From the NCBI RefSeq assembly GCF_963921235.1, contig NC_086097.1:177694001-177758000 (forward strand): a stretch of 64,000 nucleotides of DNA, in the 5' to 3' direction. Positions 12,324 through 26,600 of this stretch are shown here, in pieces. Made by a program: the position numbers and the translations under genes. The DNA is from Mobula hypostoma (taxonomy: Eukaryota). A model generated the notes under the pieces. It was not told where the DNA came from, made no database searches, and worked only from the letters and a program-made list of their open reading frames with translations. Every line of letters starts with the position of its first letter. Positions within the stretch are counted from its first letter, which is position 1.

Positions 12324-14837
12324 ACTCCATCTCTACTTCTTGCTGCTTTGGTAAAGCAGCCAATGTAATCAAAGATCCTACCCACCCTAGGCGTTCTTTC
12401 TTCTCCCCTCTCCCATTCGGCAAAAGATACAGAAGCTTGAAAGCACATGCCATCAAGTTCAAGAAGGAGCACCTAGATAGACACTTAAATAGGCAGGCAG
12501 AGAGGGACATGGACTGAATGCAGGCAAATGTAGTTGGTGTCCATAAGCAGAAAGGGTAGTATAGAAATGGTGGGCCAAAGGGTTTGTTTCTATGCTGTAC
12601 TGCTTTCTGATTCTCTGACTCTAAAGAGGTAGACCTTGGAAGGAAAGGTGGTGGAAGGTTTGGGGAGGGAATGGACAAGATAGTCAGGAGTCTCCGAATT
12701 GACTTGGATGTCTCAGAGTATTGTAGGGTGGAAGGAGTGGGTTTAAGGACAGATAAAAACATAGCTGACAAATCTGGTGCTGGGTAAATGGGAAAGACTA
12801 TTGCCAAACAAGTACTGCAAAAAACATACTTCATGCCTTCCATTATCCATTTTACTTTTTATGTAGAGACATATAGCATTGAAGCAGGCCCTCAGCCCAA
12901 TTTGTCAATGCCTACAAAGATGCATTGCCCAGTTTGCTAGTTCCATTTGTCCATGTTTGGCCTGTATCCCTCTAAACCTTTCCAATCCCTATCTATCCAA
13001 GTATCTTTTAAACATTGTTAATGTCCCTGCATTAGCCACCTCCTCTGGCACCTTGTTCAATATATGCAGTACCCTTAAGTCTGTTATAAATCTTTCCACT
13101 CTCACCTTAAACCTATGGCCTCTAGTTTTTGATTCCTTTTCCCTGGGAAGAAGATGGTATGCATTCAGAAGGCCTATTTCCATGCTGTATGAAACTGGAA
13201 TCAAACAAATGTGCCAGAAGGGGAGAAGTTGGGGCAAGAAATTCTGGTTGTCAGTCAGTAAAGTAAGGGAAATCCAATATATTACCTCTTGTTTTAGGCT
13301 TGGATTCTGTTAACACCCTTTTAATGTTTAAAGGGAACTGAATCCATCTAAGTTTATTTTCAGACAAGTCCTGCTGTCAATAATGTAATGCTTCTATCCA
13401 AGTTGAGCACAATTCCTTCCTCCAGTTCATGTATTTCACACACCGAGGACAAGGCATACCCTCTTCCTTCCTGCTCACCATTTCTAATCTCTCCCCCTCC
13501 CCCCCACCCCAGATTTAGAGGCTTGGGAAAGGTTTACTATTGAGAGCGATACATGGAACAGCAGTAATTAGCAAACTGTCGAGTCTGTGAAGTCAGATTG
13601 GATTTGTCATTAAGGGATTTACTTCTGAAAGCATAAATTCCACATAATTCACATTTGGCTGTAAGCAGTTCAAGATTGGCTGAGAAAATACTCTGAGGAC
13701 ATCTGGTATGTCACCAAAGACTGGCAAGTTCCTATAGATGTTTGGTGGCAAGCATTCTGACTGGTTGCATCACCGCCTGGTGTGGTGTGGGGCTCAAATG
13801 CGCATGATTGCAAGAGACTGCAGAGGGCTGTAGACTCTGCCAGTTCCTTCAGTGGCCTGGCCCGGCCCGCCGCACTCACATTGAGTACGTTTTCAAGGGC
13901 CAGTGGCTTGTCAAAGGTTCAGAAGCCCACATCTCTCATGCAGTGTTCAATCTGTAATCATCCTGGTGTGTTATTCAGTTACATCACTTGGACTATACAG
14001 TAAGCCTGTCATTATTAATGTATGGCAGAGTGTTTTTGTCAGGAAACCTGCAATTAGCTCAACTGTTATCACCCACAGTTGTGCTAAGTGGTAACTGTGC
14101 CTGTACTTTGAGTTGAGAGGTTGGATTCACACTCTCAATTTGCTTGTGTTTAGCAGGATATTGACTGGGATGTGGACTGCTGCCATGTGGTCAGGCTTAG
14201 ACTTGCTGCACTCAGAATCAAGTTTATTCTCACTGGTGTGAAATTTGTTGTTTTGTGGCAACATTACAGTGCAGATATAAAATGACATTAAATTACAAAA
14301 TAAATATATAGTGCAAAGAAAAAGGAATAATGTTCTGCTCAGAAATCTGATAGCGGAAGGTTGTTCCTGAGTGTGGGTGTCTTTAGGCTGCTGTTCCTCC
14401 TTCCCCACTGGCAGTAATGAGAAGACATCCTGGATGGTGAGGGTCCTTAGTGATGGATGCTGTTTTTTTGAGGACATCTTCATGAGGTGACACCTCAGTG
14501 ACAGGAACTGTTGTGCCTGTGACTGAGCTGGCTGAGTGTACAACTGTCGGCAGCCTCTTGTGATTCTGTGCACTGGAGCCTCCATGTCAGGTGGTGATGT
14601 AACCAATCACCATACAACCGTAGAAATTTGTCAGAGTCCTTGGTGATGTGCTGAAACTCAATGGGACGAAATCAGTAGTAAAAGTGAGGAACTGCTTCCC
14701 TTCGCTACTTGTGAGAGCAGGTGAATGCCACACAGTTGTTCTACTGAGTTTCATTGACTTGCCTCCACCTTGGAAAAGATTAGTAGCAAATGACACACAG
14801 ATTGATGGAGCTGTGGATAGTTCTTACACATTTTATA

Positions 14838-15830
14838 GTCATAGAGTAATATAGCACAGAAATAAGTCCTTCAGCCCAAATGGTCCATGCTGACAACTGA
14901 ATCTTCCTTACTAGTCCCACATGCCCACATTTAGCCCATAACCCTCCAATCCCCTTCTCTCCATGTACCTAACAAAATCACTCTTAAATGTTGCAATTAT
15001 ACTTCAACCACTTATTCTGGCAGCTCATTCCAGGTACTCACTAGCCTCTGTGTAAAGAAGTTACCTCTCAGGTCTCTTTTAAATGTCTCCGCTCTTGTAT
15101 CTGTGCCCATTAGTTTGGACCCCCTAATCCTGGGGGAAAGCCTATTACTGTCCACCATATCCATACCACTCATGATTTTGTGAACTTGTATAAGGTCACC
15201 CTTTATTTTCCGGTGCTCCAAGGAATAATTATCCAACATGGACAACCTCTCCATATAACGTAGGCCCTCCTAGTCCAGGCAACATCCTCAAATCTTTTCT
15301 CCCCCATTTCCACCTTGACAATGTCTGTCTTATAACTGGGTGACCAAAACCTGAGACAACACTAATCTCCTTTAACCTTTCCAACTCTCATCACCATATG
15401 TTCTTATCCTCTAGTTTTTGTCATTTTTATACTGGCTTTATATTTATAGAGGCATTATATTTATGTCTCTCATAATTTTATAAAATTTTCTCAGGTCTCC
15501 CCTCAGCCTCCAATGCTCCAGAGAAAACAATCCAAGTTTTTCTGTGTAGCTTATATCCTCAAATTTGGGCATCATCCTAGTGAACCTCTTCTGCTCCCTT
15601 CCCAAAGAGTCCACATCCTTCCCGTAATGGGGCATCGAGACTTGTGTGCAGTGCTCTGTGTAGCCTAACCAAGGTTTTGTATAGTTGCAATATGTCTTCT
15701 TGAGTCTTGCACCCCATGCCTCAGCCAATGAAAGCAAGCATGCCATAGAACACAGAGCACAGTTGTTATACACTTTTATCACCCTATCAACTTGTCTGGC
15801 TACCTTTAAGGAGCTATGGACAAATTTATT
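14838..15830 (-). mobile_element. Degraded CR1 3' fragments
   Basis: QKRFTRMMP..LGLFSLE..LRGDL and FFTQRLVSTWNELP on the minus strand. Confidence 0.75.
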
Positions 15831-18800
15831 TTTGTCACAGGTACTGAGCTGGAGTGGAAAAACCTTTTGCATCCCATCATTTCATCACATCAGCACACTT
15901 AGGTAATTCAGAAGAAAAGAACAAAGTGGAGAAAATGTGTTACCGTTTCAGAGAGATTGCAGTGCAGGTAGACAATAAGGTGCAAGGTCACAATGGGTAG
16001 ATTGTGAGGTAATTTTTATCAAATTAGGGGACCATTCAGTAGTCTTATAAGAATGGGATAGCAGCAATGTTTGAGCCTGGTGGTTCATGCTGTAAGACTT
16101 TTGTATCTTCGAGCCGATGGGAGGGGAGAAAAGAGGATGTCTGGTATGTGTGGTTGGGGTCTTTGATTATGTTAGCTGCTTTAATAAGGAAGTAAGGGAC
16201 CTGCTGTTAACTATATATTTTCCTATCCGCTTGCCAATGTGCAACACCTTGATGCTTTTTTTTAAAAGCAGGTTTAATTTGAGTACTGACAATATGGAGT
16301 TCATACATTAACAGGAGAAGCTGCACTGTATTTTACCATGGTCTCAACATGTGCAGCAGTGTTTATACTGAGGAACCAACAGTGTTCGTCTGTGTGAGCA
16401 TTTCCTGTCATCTTGACAAATCCACATGGGGTTGCTTTCTAATGAACAGTTTGTGATCAATATCTGGACAGCACTGCTGGTCTGTTCCTCTGCAAACAAG
16501 GACAAAGCTTGTTTGATTTCCCATCTCAGTAACCATATGTATTTTTTACAAAATGGCAGAGTCATGATGATTAGCCTGCTGCCACACTCTTCAAGGAGCA
16601 GTGCCTCAAAAAGGCGGTGTCCATTGTTGAGGACTGCCACCTCCCAAGACATGCTCTCTTTTCATTGTTACCATCAGGAAGCGGGTACAGAAACCTGAAG
16701 GCACATACACAGTGATTCAGGAACGGCTCTTCCCCTCCACCATCTAATTTCTGAATGAACATTGAACCCATGAACACTACCTCACTACCTTTTGTTAATT
16801 ATTTCTGATTTTGCATTACTTATAAATATAAAAATATTTTTTAACTGTAATTCAGTTTTTTTCTATATTGTCATATACAGTATTGCATTGTACTTCTGCC
16901 ACTAAGTTAACAAAGTTCGCAACATATGCTAGTGCTAATAAACCTGATTCTGACTGTTCTGTGGTGACTTGTTTAAACTGTGAAGCAGCCCCATCCCCTG
17001 TGCCCAGTACATCCACTGGAATTCTATCCTGCCTGTATCCTGTGCTCCCCTGAACAAGTTTCTCAACAGGAGCTTGAAGAGTCATACGACACACGGACAG
17101 GCCCTTTGGCCCGCTGTGTTAAACTGACCCATCAGCTGGCGAGACTGCTCTTGGAGTATTGTGTACAGTTTTGGTCACCCTGTTATACTCCCCACCGTTG
17201 AGCACATTTACATGGAGTGCTGCCCCAAAAAGCAACATCCATCATCAAAGACCCCACTGTCCAGGCGATGCCCTCCTCTCACTGCTACCATCAGTCAACA
17301 CGTACGGAAGCCTTAAGTCCCACACCACCAGGTTCAGGAATGGTTATTACCGTACAACCACTGGGCTTCTGAACTGGTTTGGATAACTTCACCCACCTCA
17401 ACTCCTGTCTGATTTTACAACCAATAGACTCACTTCCAAGGACTTCTTATAACTTGTTCTCAGTTTTATTTATTTTTTATTTGCACAGTTTGTCTTATTT
17501 TATGCATTGGTTGTTTGTCAGTCTTTGTTTATGTATAGTTATTCCTAACTTCTGCTGTATTTCTTTATTTTCCTGTAAATGTCTGTAAGGAAATGAATCT
17601 CAAGGTAGTATGTGATAATGTGTACATATCTTGATAATAAATTTTACCTTGGCTTTGACTTTGGAAAGACATCATTAAGCCGGAATGACTGCAAAGAAGA
17701 TTTACGAGAATGCTGCCAGGACTCAAGGCACTGAGTTATAGGGAGAGGTTGGACAGGGTAGAACATTATTCTTAGAGCACAGGAGATTGAGAGTTGAGTT
17801 TATAGAGATGTACAAGATTATGAAAGGCATAGAAAAGGTGAATGCAATGTGATCTTTTTTTCCCAGGAAAGGGGAACTAAAAACTAGAGGCATTTCTGGA
17901 GTGGAGCAGTTTAACTTAGAAAACATTACATTCCACCCTGCGTTGTGGATGGGGTGGTGAAGAGGTGACGATGTGATAATTTCCATCTCTGATTAAAGCA
18001 ACAGCCAATACAAATGCCCACTTTAAAGAAGGTTCCCTCCTCCCTCTGAGAGGAGTCTTGTGAGACCCTCTTTCACTGCTGCAACCCCTCCCCGATCTCT
18101 GCACTTTGCTGCTCTTCAACCGCACTCTCACCCACTCACCACGGCAGCCAAGTGTGATCCATACCCCTCCTCCATCTTCTGCAGCTTTGTCGTCTCCACC
18201 CTGGGATCACCCCCAGCCTCTGTCATGATCCAACTGTCCCCTCCATCATCTACCTGTCACCCCCTCCACCACACCAGGATCCATCCATCACCCATTATCT
18301 CTTCACACTATCTCCCCCCATCCTTCAGTCCAGATGATGCATCTTGGCCTGAAATGTCTACTGTTCCACAAATGCTACCTGACCAGTTGAGATCCTCAGT
18401 GATTTGTTTGTTGCACTGAGTTTCGTGCTAAATCTTTTATCACCTCTTCATAGGTACCACCCGAATTTGATGTTAACTGTCATTCACCTGTCCTCTAATG
18501 GTTTGCAGTCTCAGCTCCTTTATTTATCAGCACTGGTAGCACTGTGTTCCTTCATATCTCCCTCCAGCATCTGTCTCCAACCTCCAAACTCCTTTCCCCC
18601 CAGTTCTGATGAAAGGGCTTAGCCCAAAAATGGCCGTTTGATCTCCCTTCATAGATGCTGCCTAACTCACTGAGTTCCTCCAGCATTTTGTGTGCATTGC
18701 TCAACATTTCCATCGCCTGCAGAATCTCCTTTTTCATTCCCCTCCATCTTTATCTCCTTTCATCATTCACCTGCCACTCTCTCCAAATTCACCCTCACTC

Positions 18801-20010
18801 CCTCCCCTACCTGGCATTACCTGCCTGTCACCTTCCACCCCTCTTCAGCCCAGCAATCACCTCAGAACCCTTTCTCGCTACATCTCTCTTCTCTTTATAC
18901 TGGTCATCTCCCCTCTCCACTCTCAGTCCCAGATGCAGGGTTTCCACCAACATGTCAAGTTCCCTTTCATCCCTCAGGTGCTGCTCACCCTGCGAGATGC
19001 TTCTGGCATCTGCAGTGCATGTGCCTCTTTCATTACTACTTCTGCGGTTTACTGCCTAAAGGAGATAGCAAAGAAGTGGATTGAGCATTAGTTTCCTTTT
19101 TGGAGTGACAAGTTCTAACAACATGAAGCAAGCCCGTGTCCAAGCTAACATCAAATGCCTATCTGTACTAATGCCATTACTGGCACTTTGACCATAACAT
19201 TCTCCGTTCTGAGAGATGAAGTGCTCATTGCCTGCCTCCTCCACCCCTTCAGAGAGTGGGTTCTTAGAATCATTTAATTGTTTCACAGGGAAATCAGAGT
19301 ACTGTTTGGTGAGAAAGGCTTAGATCATTTTCCATGAACTATTTAAGAGCTGCTATTTAATAGCCATAAACAGCAGTTTCCAACTTTTAATGTTACAGTA
19401 TTCAGCAAACTGGGTATTAACAATGATTGATTGAAATATCTGGAAGAACAAAGCTGTTGATCCATTAGAGAGTCCAGGAATCTGCAGATGCTTAAAAATC
19501 TGGAGCAACCCAAAATGCTAGCGGAACTTGGGTCAGGCAACATTACCTCCCCATAATTCCCCACCCTCTTCCCTTTTTCCCCACTTCCCATTGCTCTCAG
19601 ATTCTTTCTTCTTCAGCCCTTTACCCCTTCCACCTATCACCTCCCAGCTTCTCACATCATCCCACTTGGTCTCACCTATCAACTGCCTCCCTGTGCCCCT
19701 ACCACCCCCTGCATTCCTCTGACCCCTTTCTGATCTTGGCCCAAAATGTCGACTGCATTTCTCTCTGTAGATGCTACCTGACCTGCTGAGTTCCTCGTGC
19801 ATTTTGTGTGTTTTGTTGCTCCATGAGAGCTCTATTAGTCTGTGTTTGGTTTAAGGCTCAGTTGTTCCCAGGAGCCCTGAATGTACTTCGGGTGGTTGAT
19901 TTCTCTGCATTCAGTGTTATCAATGGTAATCAATTGGTCCCTGAGCTTATTGTCTACACTCAGAGGCTATAGACAAACAAAGGAGCTGGAAACTAACGAG
20001 AAACAGAAGA

Positions 20011-20167
20011 CACGATGAAATCTGCAGATGCTGGAATTTCAAGCAGCACACATAAAAGTTGCTGGTGAACGCAGCAGGCCAGGCAGCATCTCTAGGAAGA
20101 GGTACAGTCCTCTTCCTAGAGGTGCTGCCTGGCCTGCTGCGTTCACCAGCAACTTTTATGTGTGTTG
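20011..20167. mobile_element. Palindromic Penelope-pLTR-derived insertion with a 14-bp TSD
   Basis: 60-bp arms (20043-20102, 20109-20168; 58/60 complementary), 6-nt loop, TSD CGAGAAACAGAAGA (19997-20010, 20168-20181). Confidence 0.88.
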
Positions 20168-22369
20168 CGAGAAACAGAAGAGAAATGTCTTTGTATGCAG
20201 AGGTATCATATCTTCGCAGCCTGAAAATTAGTGGTTAGGAGGTAACATAGCAGCTCTTCTCCTCCTCCTGGATTAAATACTCATTTATCATGAGTACTTT
20301 TACAAGTCAGAGAGGGTGTCCTCTTTATTGTTGTTTAGTCTGAAAATCCATAGCAACAGCATTTCAGGTTAGTTTGCTAAGATAGCCCAGTGGCCATGTT
20401 TCCAGATCAATAACCCAGTGGTATTGGAAGACTTGGAGAAGTAAGTTCAAATCCTACTAAGGCAAGGGAGAAATTAGTTTGAACTAAATATGAATCTTCA
20501 GATAGTGATCTCAGTAATAGCCTCTAAAATTACTGGATTGTTGTAAAAACCTATTGGGTTCATTTAAGTCTTCTAGAGATGGAAGACTGATGTGTAGTTG
20601 GGGAGGGAGTGACAGCCATGATGATGGTGATTTAGTTCTGTGTCACAGTGATGTGTTGCTGGAGAGGAAATCTGGAGACGATGTGCTTGCTTTGCCTTAC
20701 TTCATAAGACATGGGAGCAGAATTAAGGCTGTTCAGCTCATCCATTCTGCTCCACCATTATATCATGGCTGATTAGCTTTTACTAATCATGAACCCGTCA
20801 ACCTCCTCTTTAGGTATTTTGTTTATTTAGCGATGTAGCATGGTGACAGGCCCTTCAGGCCCAAGAGCCCTCCCCACCTAATTACACCCACGTGACCAAT
20901 TAATGTACAAACCTATACATCTTTGGAATATGGGAGGAAAGCAGAGCACCTGGAGAAAACGCTTGTGGACATAGAGAAGGTACCAATTCCTTTCTGACAG
21001 TGATGGAACTGAACAGAGGTCGCTGGTGTTGTAACTGCATTTCCGTGTAGTTCCTGCAATGTTACCTTGGAGCAGCACAGCAGCCCGGTACAATTGACTT
21101 GCACTCCCCAGCCATATGTGACGATGAATTCCACAGATTCACCACCCTCTGGTTAAAGAAATTCCTCTTCATCTCTGTTCTTCAGGGACAGACTTTTATT
21201 CTTAGGCTTTGCCCTCTGGTTCAGCACTCCTTCGGTTGACATCTTCCAGATAGTCCACAAAACTTTTTTTCACTTCTTTTATGTCTGCTTTTCATCTTAA
21301 ATGTATTTCCTGAACTGTTAGAGCCTGTAATTTACAGTTTTGAGGTCAACTGAGTCATCTGGCACATTGTCTTAGAAAAGATTCCAGGAGGCAAGTTTGG
21401 GCCGCATCCAGGCGAAGAAACTTGGAGATTGGGTGCAAGTTGATGATCGATTCCGTTTCACTGATTAAAGCGTCGAGGTGAGCGGGAGTTCAGCACTGGC
21501 TGCCAGCTTTTGATTGCTGATAGGACGGGTCTCTCTGCTGCCGGAGAAGGAGTCTATGTAGGCCCTATCGCTCACTGTTGCTGGAGGTAGGCATCTGATC
21601 TCTTCGATGCTGTCGGAGGACGTTACGGAGATTCTGCATTTATGGATTGGACTATGGATTGTGGATTTCTTCAGTCTTGTGGTTTTTATTCTGTGTTTTC
21701 GCCCATTCTTTGTCGTTGGCGCATTTTAATTTTTTAAATGAGGGGTCGGGGTTTGAGGGTTGATAATCATGTTACCATTTTTTTTGAGTAAGTGAATTGT
21801 TTTTCTTTGAATGGTTTCTTTGCTTTGTAGCTATCTGGTGAAGACTAATCTCAGAGTTGTAAACTGCATACATACTTTGATAATAAATAACCTTTGAATC
21901 GCCTTCACAGCCACACAGTCTAGGCCTTCCTGCAGCAGGGAGACCTAGGGGAGCCGCTCTGACAGACCTGGGCTGATTGTTCCAACCTTCTGTACTCCTT
22001 ACAGCCAGAGGCCATTGTTGGTTTTATTATGCTGCACACAGACATCCAGTTCCAAACCTGTTGAACATCTGTCGTGAATTATACACCGCCGGGGCTCTGA
22101 AACTCTGCAGAACATGTGATGGCCCCCATTAATGTATAACCAGTTGAGGTAGCTGCTTGATCCAGCTGCCCAGGCTGTGTACACAATAATGATACACACC
22201 GAGGAAGGTTGTATGTGCGCACGTATGTCAAAAACACAAGAAATGCACTGATAATGCAGTGACTAACAGCTTCTCAGAATCTTGCTGCTTAAAAATACAA
22301 TGACAACTTGTATGTATGAGGCATCTATAAAAATCAGAATCACTGATTTACAATATGTGAAATTTCTTC

Positions 22370-23075
22370 ACAAACAAGAGACAATCTGCAGATGTTGGAA
22401 ATCCAAGCAACACACATGAAATGCTGGAGGAGCTCAGCAGGCCAGGCAGCATCTATGGAAAAGGGTACAGTCAATGTTTTGGGCCGAGATCCTTCGGCAG
22501 GACTGGAGAAAAAAAGCTGAGTAGAATTAAATGGTGGGGGAAGCAGCCATAGCTACACCTTTTGTTTTCAAGGAAGTGGGAGCGGAGAAAGGGGAAATTA
22601 TTAGGAGTGAGGACAAGTTCCACTAGACAGAGGAGAGTGGTGTTGGAGGAGAACTGGTTGGTTCTGGTGCCAGAAAGAATCGGAGAGCTTTGAGGCCTTC
22701 CTGGTGGGGGATGGAGGTCTATAGGGACTGGACATCCATAGCAAAAATAAGATGAAGGGGGCCAGTTGAATTTGGAATCATTGAAAAGATCCAGAGTGTG
22801 TGAGGTGTCACAGATGTAGGTTGGAAGGGACTGAACTAGGGGGGATAAAACAGAGTCGAGGTATGCAGATATGAGTTCAGTGGGGCAGGAGCAAGCTGAA
22901 ACAATGGGTCTACCTGGACAAGCAGGTTTGTGGATCTTGGGTAGGAGGTAGGAAAGAGAGGTGCGGGAACTGAGGTTGGTGGCAGTGGATGGGAGATCCC
23001 CAGAGCTAATAAGGTCAGTGATGGTGTGGGAGACAATGGCCTGGTGCTCCCTAGTGGGATCCTGGTCGAAGGGCA
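22370..23075 (-). mobile_element. Penelope-like element remnant: RT fragment joined to a pLTR with a decayed hammerhead motif
   Basis: YLLPKIHKPACPGRPIVS..SAYLDSVLSPLV..AMDVQSLY-like region, typical of Penelope-like RT, directly followed on the minus strand by the pLTR-type repeat (22370-22520). Confidence 0.8.
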
Positions 23076-24763
23076 AGAGCGTCCAAATCGAGAAGCTTGA
23101 AAACAAATCTGGCGGCAAAGACATGTCCCCAGGAAGGATACATGGTTTTAGTAGCGGGTCTGGGTAAGCACGTGGTGGGAGAGCAGCAGAGATCACGGGG
23201 AGCAGTAAGAGAGGGTTTCACTGAACTCCCTTAATGGGTCCGAGATATATCTTGTGAGGTGTTGACGCACAGGAACTTGAAGCTTCTCACCCTTTCCATT
23301 GCTGATCCATCATTGAGGACTGGTTTATGTTCCCCCTGATTTCCCCACCTGAAGTCTACGTCGTAAAGCCACTGAGACCGATTAGGTGGTGTTTGGCCTT
23401 ATTGTAGGTCAACTTTGAGAGGAGGAGTTGAGAGAGACAAGGAGAAAAAAGGGATTCCTGACCCTTGTACCCGGGGCATTGGAGGCAGTGTGAGAGAGAG
23501 CGCACAGGGATTAGGGAGAAGGGATCTTGTATGAAGCCTCCCCACATTCCCCCCCCACAACATTCCTCCCCCTCCCCCACCACATTCCCATCAACTCCCT
23601 CTAGATTCTTCTACTCATTTGCAGTTTGCAGTGACCAATTAGCTGATCCCTTTGTATGTCAGTAAATGAGAGGGCGTTTAGCAGCACTGATGTACAGACG
23701 GATCTTTGGGTGCAAGTCTATAACTCCCTAAAAGTACCGCACAAGTGGAAAGGTTGGTAAATAAGGCAATGGTACAATTACCTCCATGTGCAGCATTCTT
23801 GCATTCATTGGTCAGATTATTGAGCATAAAAATTGGCAAGTCATGTTGCAGCTGCATGAAACTTGGGTTAGGCTACATTTGGACTATCGTTTGCAGTTTT
23901 GGTCACTGCTTTACTGAAAGTTTTGGAGAGGGTGTATTAGTTGTTCTCTAGGCTGTTGCCTGGATTGGAGAATATTAGCTATAAGAGGATGATGAACAAA
24001 CTCAGATTGTTTTCTCTAGAGCAGTAGAGCCTGAGGGGAGACCTGATCGAGGGTAATTATGCGGAGCGTAGATAGTCTTTTTCCTATAAGGGAAATGTTA
24101 AATATTAGAGGGCATGGCTTTAAGGTGCGAGGAGAAGGATTAAAATGGGACCTGAGGGCCAACTTTTTCACATAGAGGGTGGTGGGTATATGGAACTGCC
24201 TGATGCAATTTCGGCAGTTTCATGGATATGGAAGGTTAGAGGGATATGAGCAAATCGTGAGCAATACTTACCAAGGTGCCTGCCTGAGCAAAACCCATTT
24301 ACCCACATTTGACTTGTATCACTCTAAACCAGTGATTCCCAATGGGGGTGGGATAGCTCCCCAAAGGGTGGCAGCTATGTGTCCTAAGGGGGCGTTGGGG
24401 GAAATGGAAGTCGTTGGGGTGCGTTCAAGATTCTTGCGGTGCGCGGCAAGCGGCATCTGAACTTGAGGCATGAGACCTGACCAAACGTTAGTAGAGCAGG
24501 CACTTCCAAAAAAAAGTACAAGGCGCTGGAACACAGGAAGAATCATAGCTCTGCAGCTGGTGAGAAGGAGTTAATCAGTGTGCCTGCCAACCCTGAAGAT
24601 TCCTCTTGAGGTGTTCAAAGCGACCTCAGCTTCATATGTGCTGTCAAGAAGCATCTTTGGGGATGATGAGACCTTGTATGATTAGTCAATCATGCTAACT
24701 GGGATAGTTTGCTGAACACCAGCACTATGACGACTAACATTCAAATTCCATTCTGAATCCTTG

Positions 24764-25457
24764 TGTAGCCCCCCTGGCCACCCTCAGGGTCGCTCGGCTC
24801 GCTGTCGTCTGGGGAAACAGCCTCGGCCCCACCAATCTGGGTAATTCGTTTGTGTGGATGCTGTGTGAGGTACCCCACCCCACCCAAATAACAGACAATA
24901 CACCAGATGCAATTAAAGTTTTACAGTTTATAGATATTACTGGAACTATATAATTAAAAGAGAATAAAATATAAAAGGAAAATAAAAGGCGCCACACTTA
25001 TCAAAGTTCAATCTCTTCGTGCACAAAAACTGTTGGAGCTCAAGGACCTTCTTCTTCACCCTGCGACCCCCTCGGACCACCTCGACCGGCCGCCTGGGAC
25101 CAACAATGGTGGTCGACCAGATGCTCCACACAAGTCCGTCTCCGTCTCCTCGCCGAACGTCCCGCTCGGGGTCCGACTCCATTAGCGGACTCACAGCACC
25201 TCGTCCATCCTCTGTCTCGCTCTCCCGCCTTCTGCCCCAAAACCCCCTCTCAAACACTATCTTCAAATACACCAAAACCATAACAATTATCCCAATTGGT
25301 TAATAACGTATTTTTTATCACCCTCTAAACCACAACAAGCTGCTAGCGCAACTTGCTCAGCGTTTAACACAACAAAGCCGCATTCCCCAGATTAACATAA
25401 CAAAGACGCCATTTTAATTAGCCTCCACAGTAACATAAAAATCGAAACGCCCTTACA
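24764..25457 (-). repeat. 3' LTR of the Gypsy element
   Basis: Direct repeat of 26840-27536, directly preceded on the minus strand by a polypurine tract. Confidence 0.93.
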
Positions 25458-25470
25458 CTCTCCCCCCACC
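25458..25470 (-). other. Polypurine tract (PPT)
   Basis: GGTGGGGGGAGAG abuts the TGTAAGG start of the 3' LTR on the minus strand. Confidence 0.8.
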
Positions 25471-25604
25471 AAATAAAGTCATGTCCTCATGACTTCTAAA
25501 TAACTCGCCACCCAGTCCTACAGACACACAACACACACATACACAGATACACACAGTGACAGTGCTCCCCAAACAGTGGACCTTACTCCCGTCCCACGGG
25601 CGCT

Positions 25605-26600
25605 AAATAGGCCAACCTATCTGGGAGCTTCTTAACCCTCTGAGACCTCCGTACCCCCTCACCTAAACCCAAAAGGCTCAGACACTACTAGGGATACCTT
25701 GGGCCTGCTTGCCAACTCCTCTCTCACTAAGGTGTCTTCAGCGGTCAACTCCCCTCCCTCGTGGTAGTTCGGAGCATCTACTAAGAGGGTCTCACCCTCA
25801 GCTACTTTCCCCAGGCCGTACCACCGCTGGGTCTCGTTTAAATTCAGTACCGGCTCAAGGCTGCTACACACATCCTCAGAAGCAACTCAACACGCTGGGT
25901 GCCCAGAAAATGCCTCCATGAACTCCAGGGTCATTAACCAATCATCGTCTTCTGGATAACTACTGCCACTAGTACCCAAAGTCTCCGGTGCCCTTGCGGT
26001 TGTCAAGGATAAATGCTTCAGACACCGGTTGTAAAACGAACTGTACAACAACTTGATCTGTGCCCCGGGGTCGAGGATAGCTTTAGCATTGCTTCCCTCT
26101 ATTCATAACGACACCCTGGGGCGTGGTCCCTCTAAGCCTTCAGGAATAGGGTCTTTTCCTTGCGGAAGTTCAGTGGTACATTGCTGGGAACGTGCTTCCC
26201 CAGAGACCCCAAGCCTTTCCCCCACTGGGCCTCCACTAAGTTTCTCGATCCCTCTCTGATCAGCTGAACAACTGAGGGAGGGGCTGATCCCCTGAAATGA
26301 TCCCCCTGGCACTACAAGCAATTTAGCCGCCCTCCTAGCCAGGGAAGACACACTGAAAACTTTCCCCCCTCTTTCAAATAACTGACAGCTGTCACTATGG
26401 TGTAAGTGAACCTGACAACTCTAACACCGTCACCAGCCCGCCTACTCAAACTTTCAACCAATCCCTGTCGCTCTCCCTCAACCGAGCACTGCCACTCATC
26501 TAACAACTGAGAGATCTGCTCCACCCACGTCTCGCACGCCTCCGCCCCTCTTGGGGTGGACACTATCCCAAGTGCCAGGCGGAGCCTGCCAGAGCTAGAA
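25605..26600 (-). pseudogene. Gypsy gag (PNMA-like capsid), aspartic protease and pol C-terminal tail remnants
   Basis: Gag: ETWVEQISQLLDEWQCS..RQGLVESL. Protease: IEGSNAKAILDPGAQIKLLYSSFYNRCLKHL, with DTG changed to DPG and an in-frame stop upstream. Pol end: GVRRSQRVKKLPDRLAY. No RT, RNase H or integrase core. Confidence 0.75.

Noticed and set aside
18060..19091. Cluster of overlapping 120-134 aa ORFs
   Set aside because: Pyrimidine-rich Penelope pLTR remnants with few stop codons; no domain signal.
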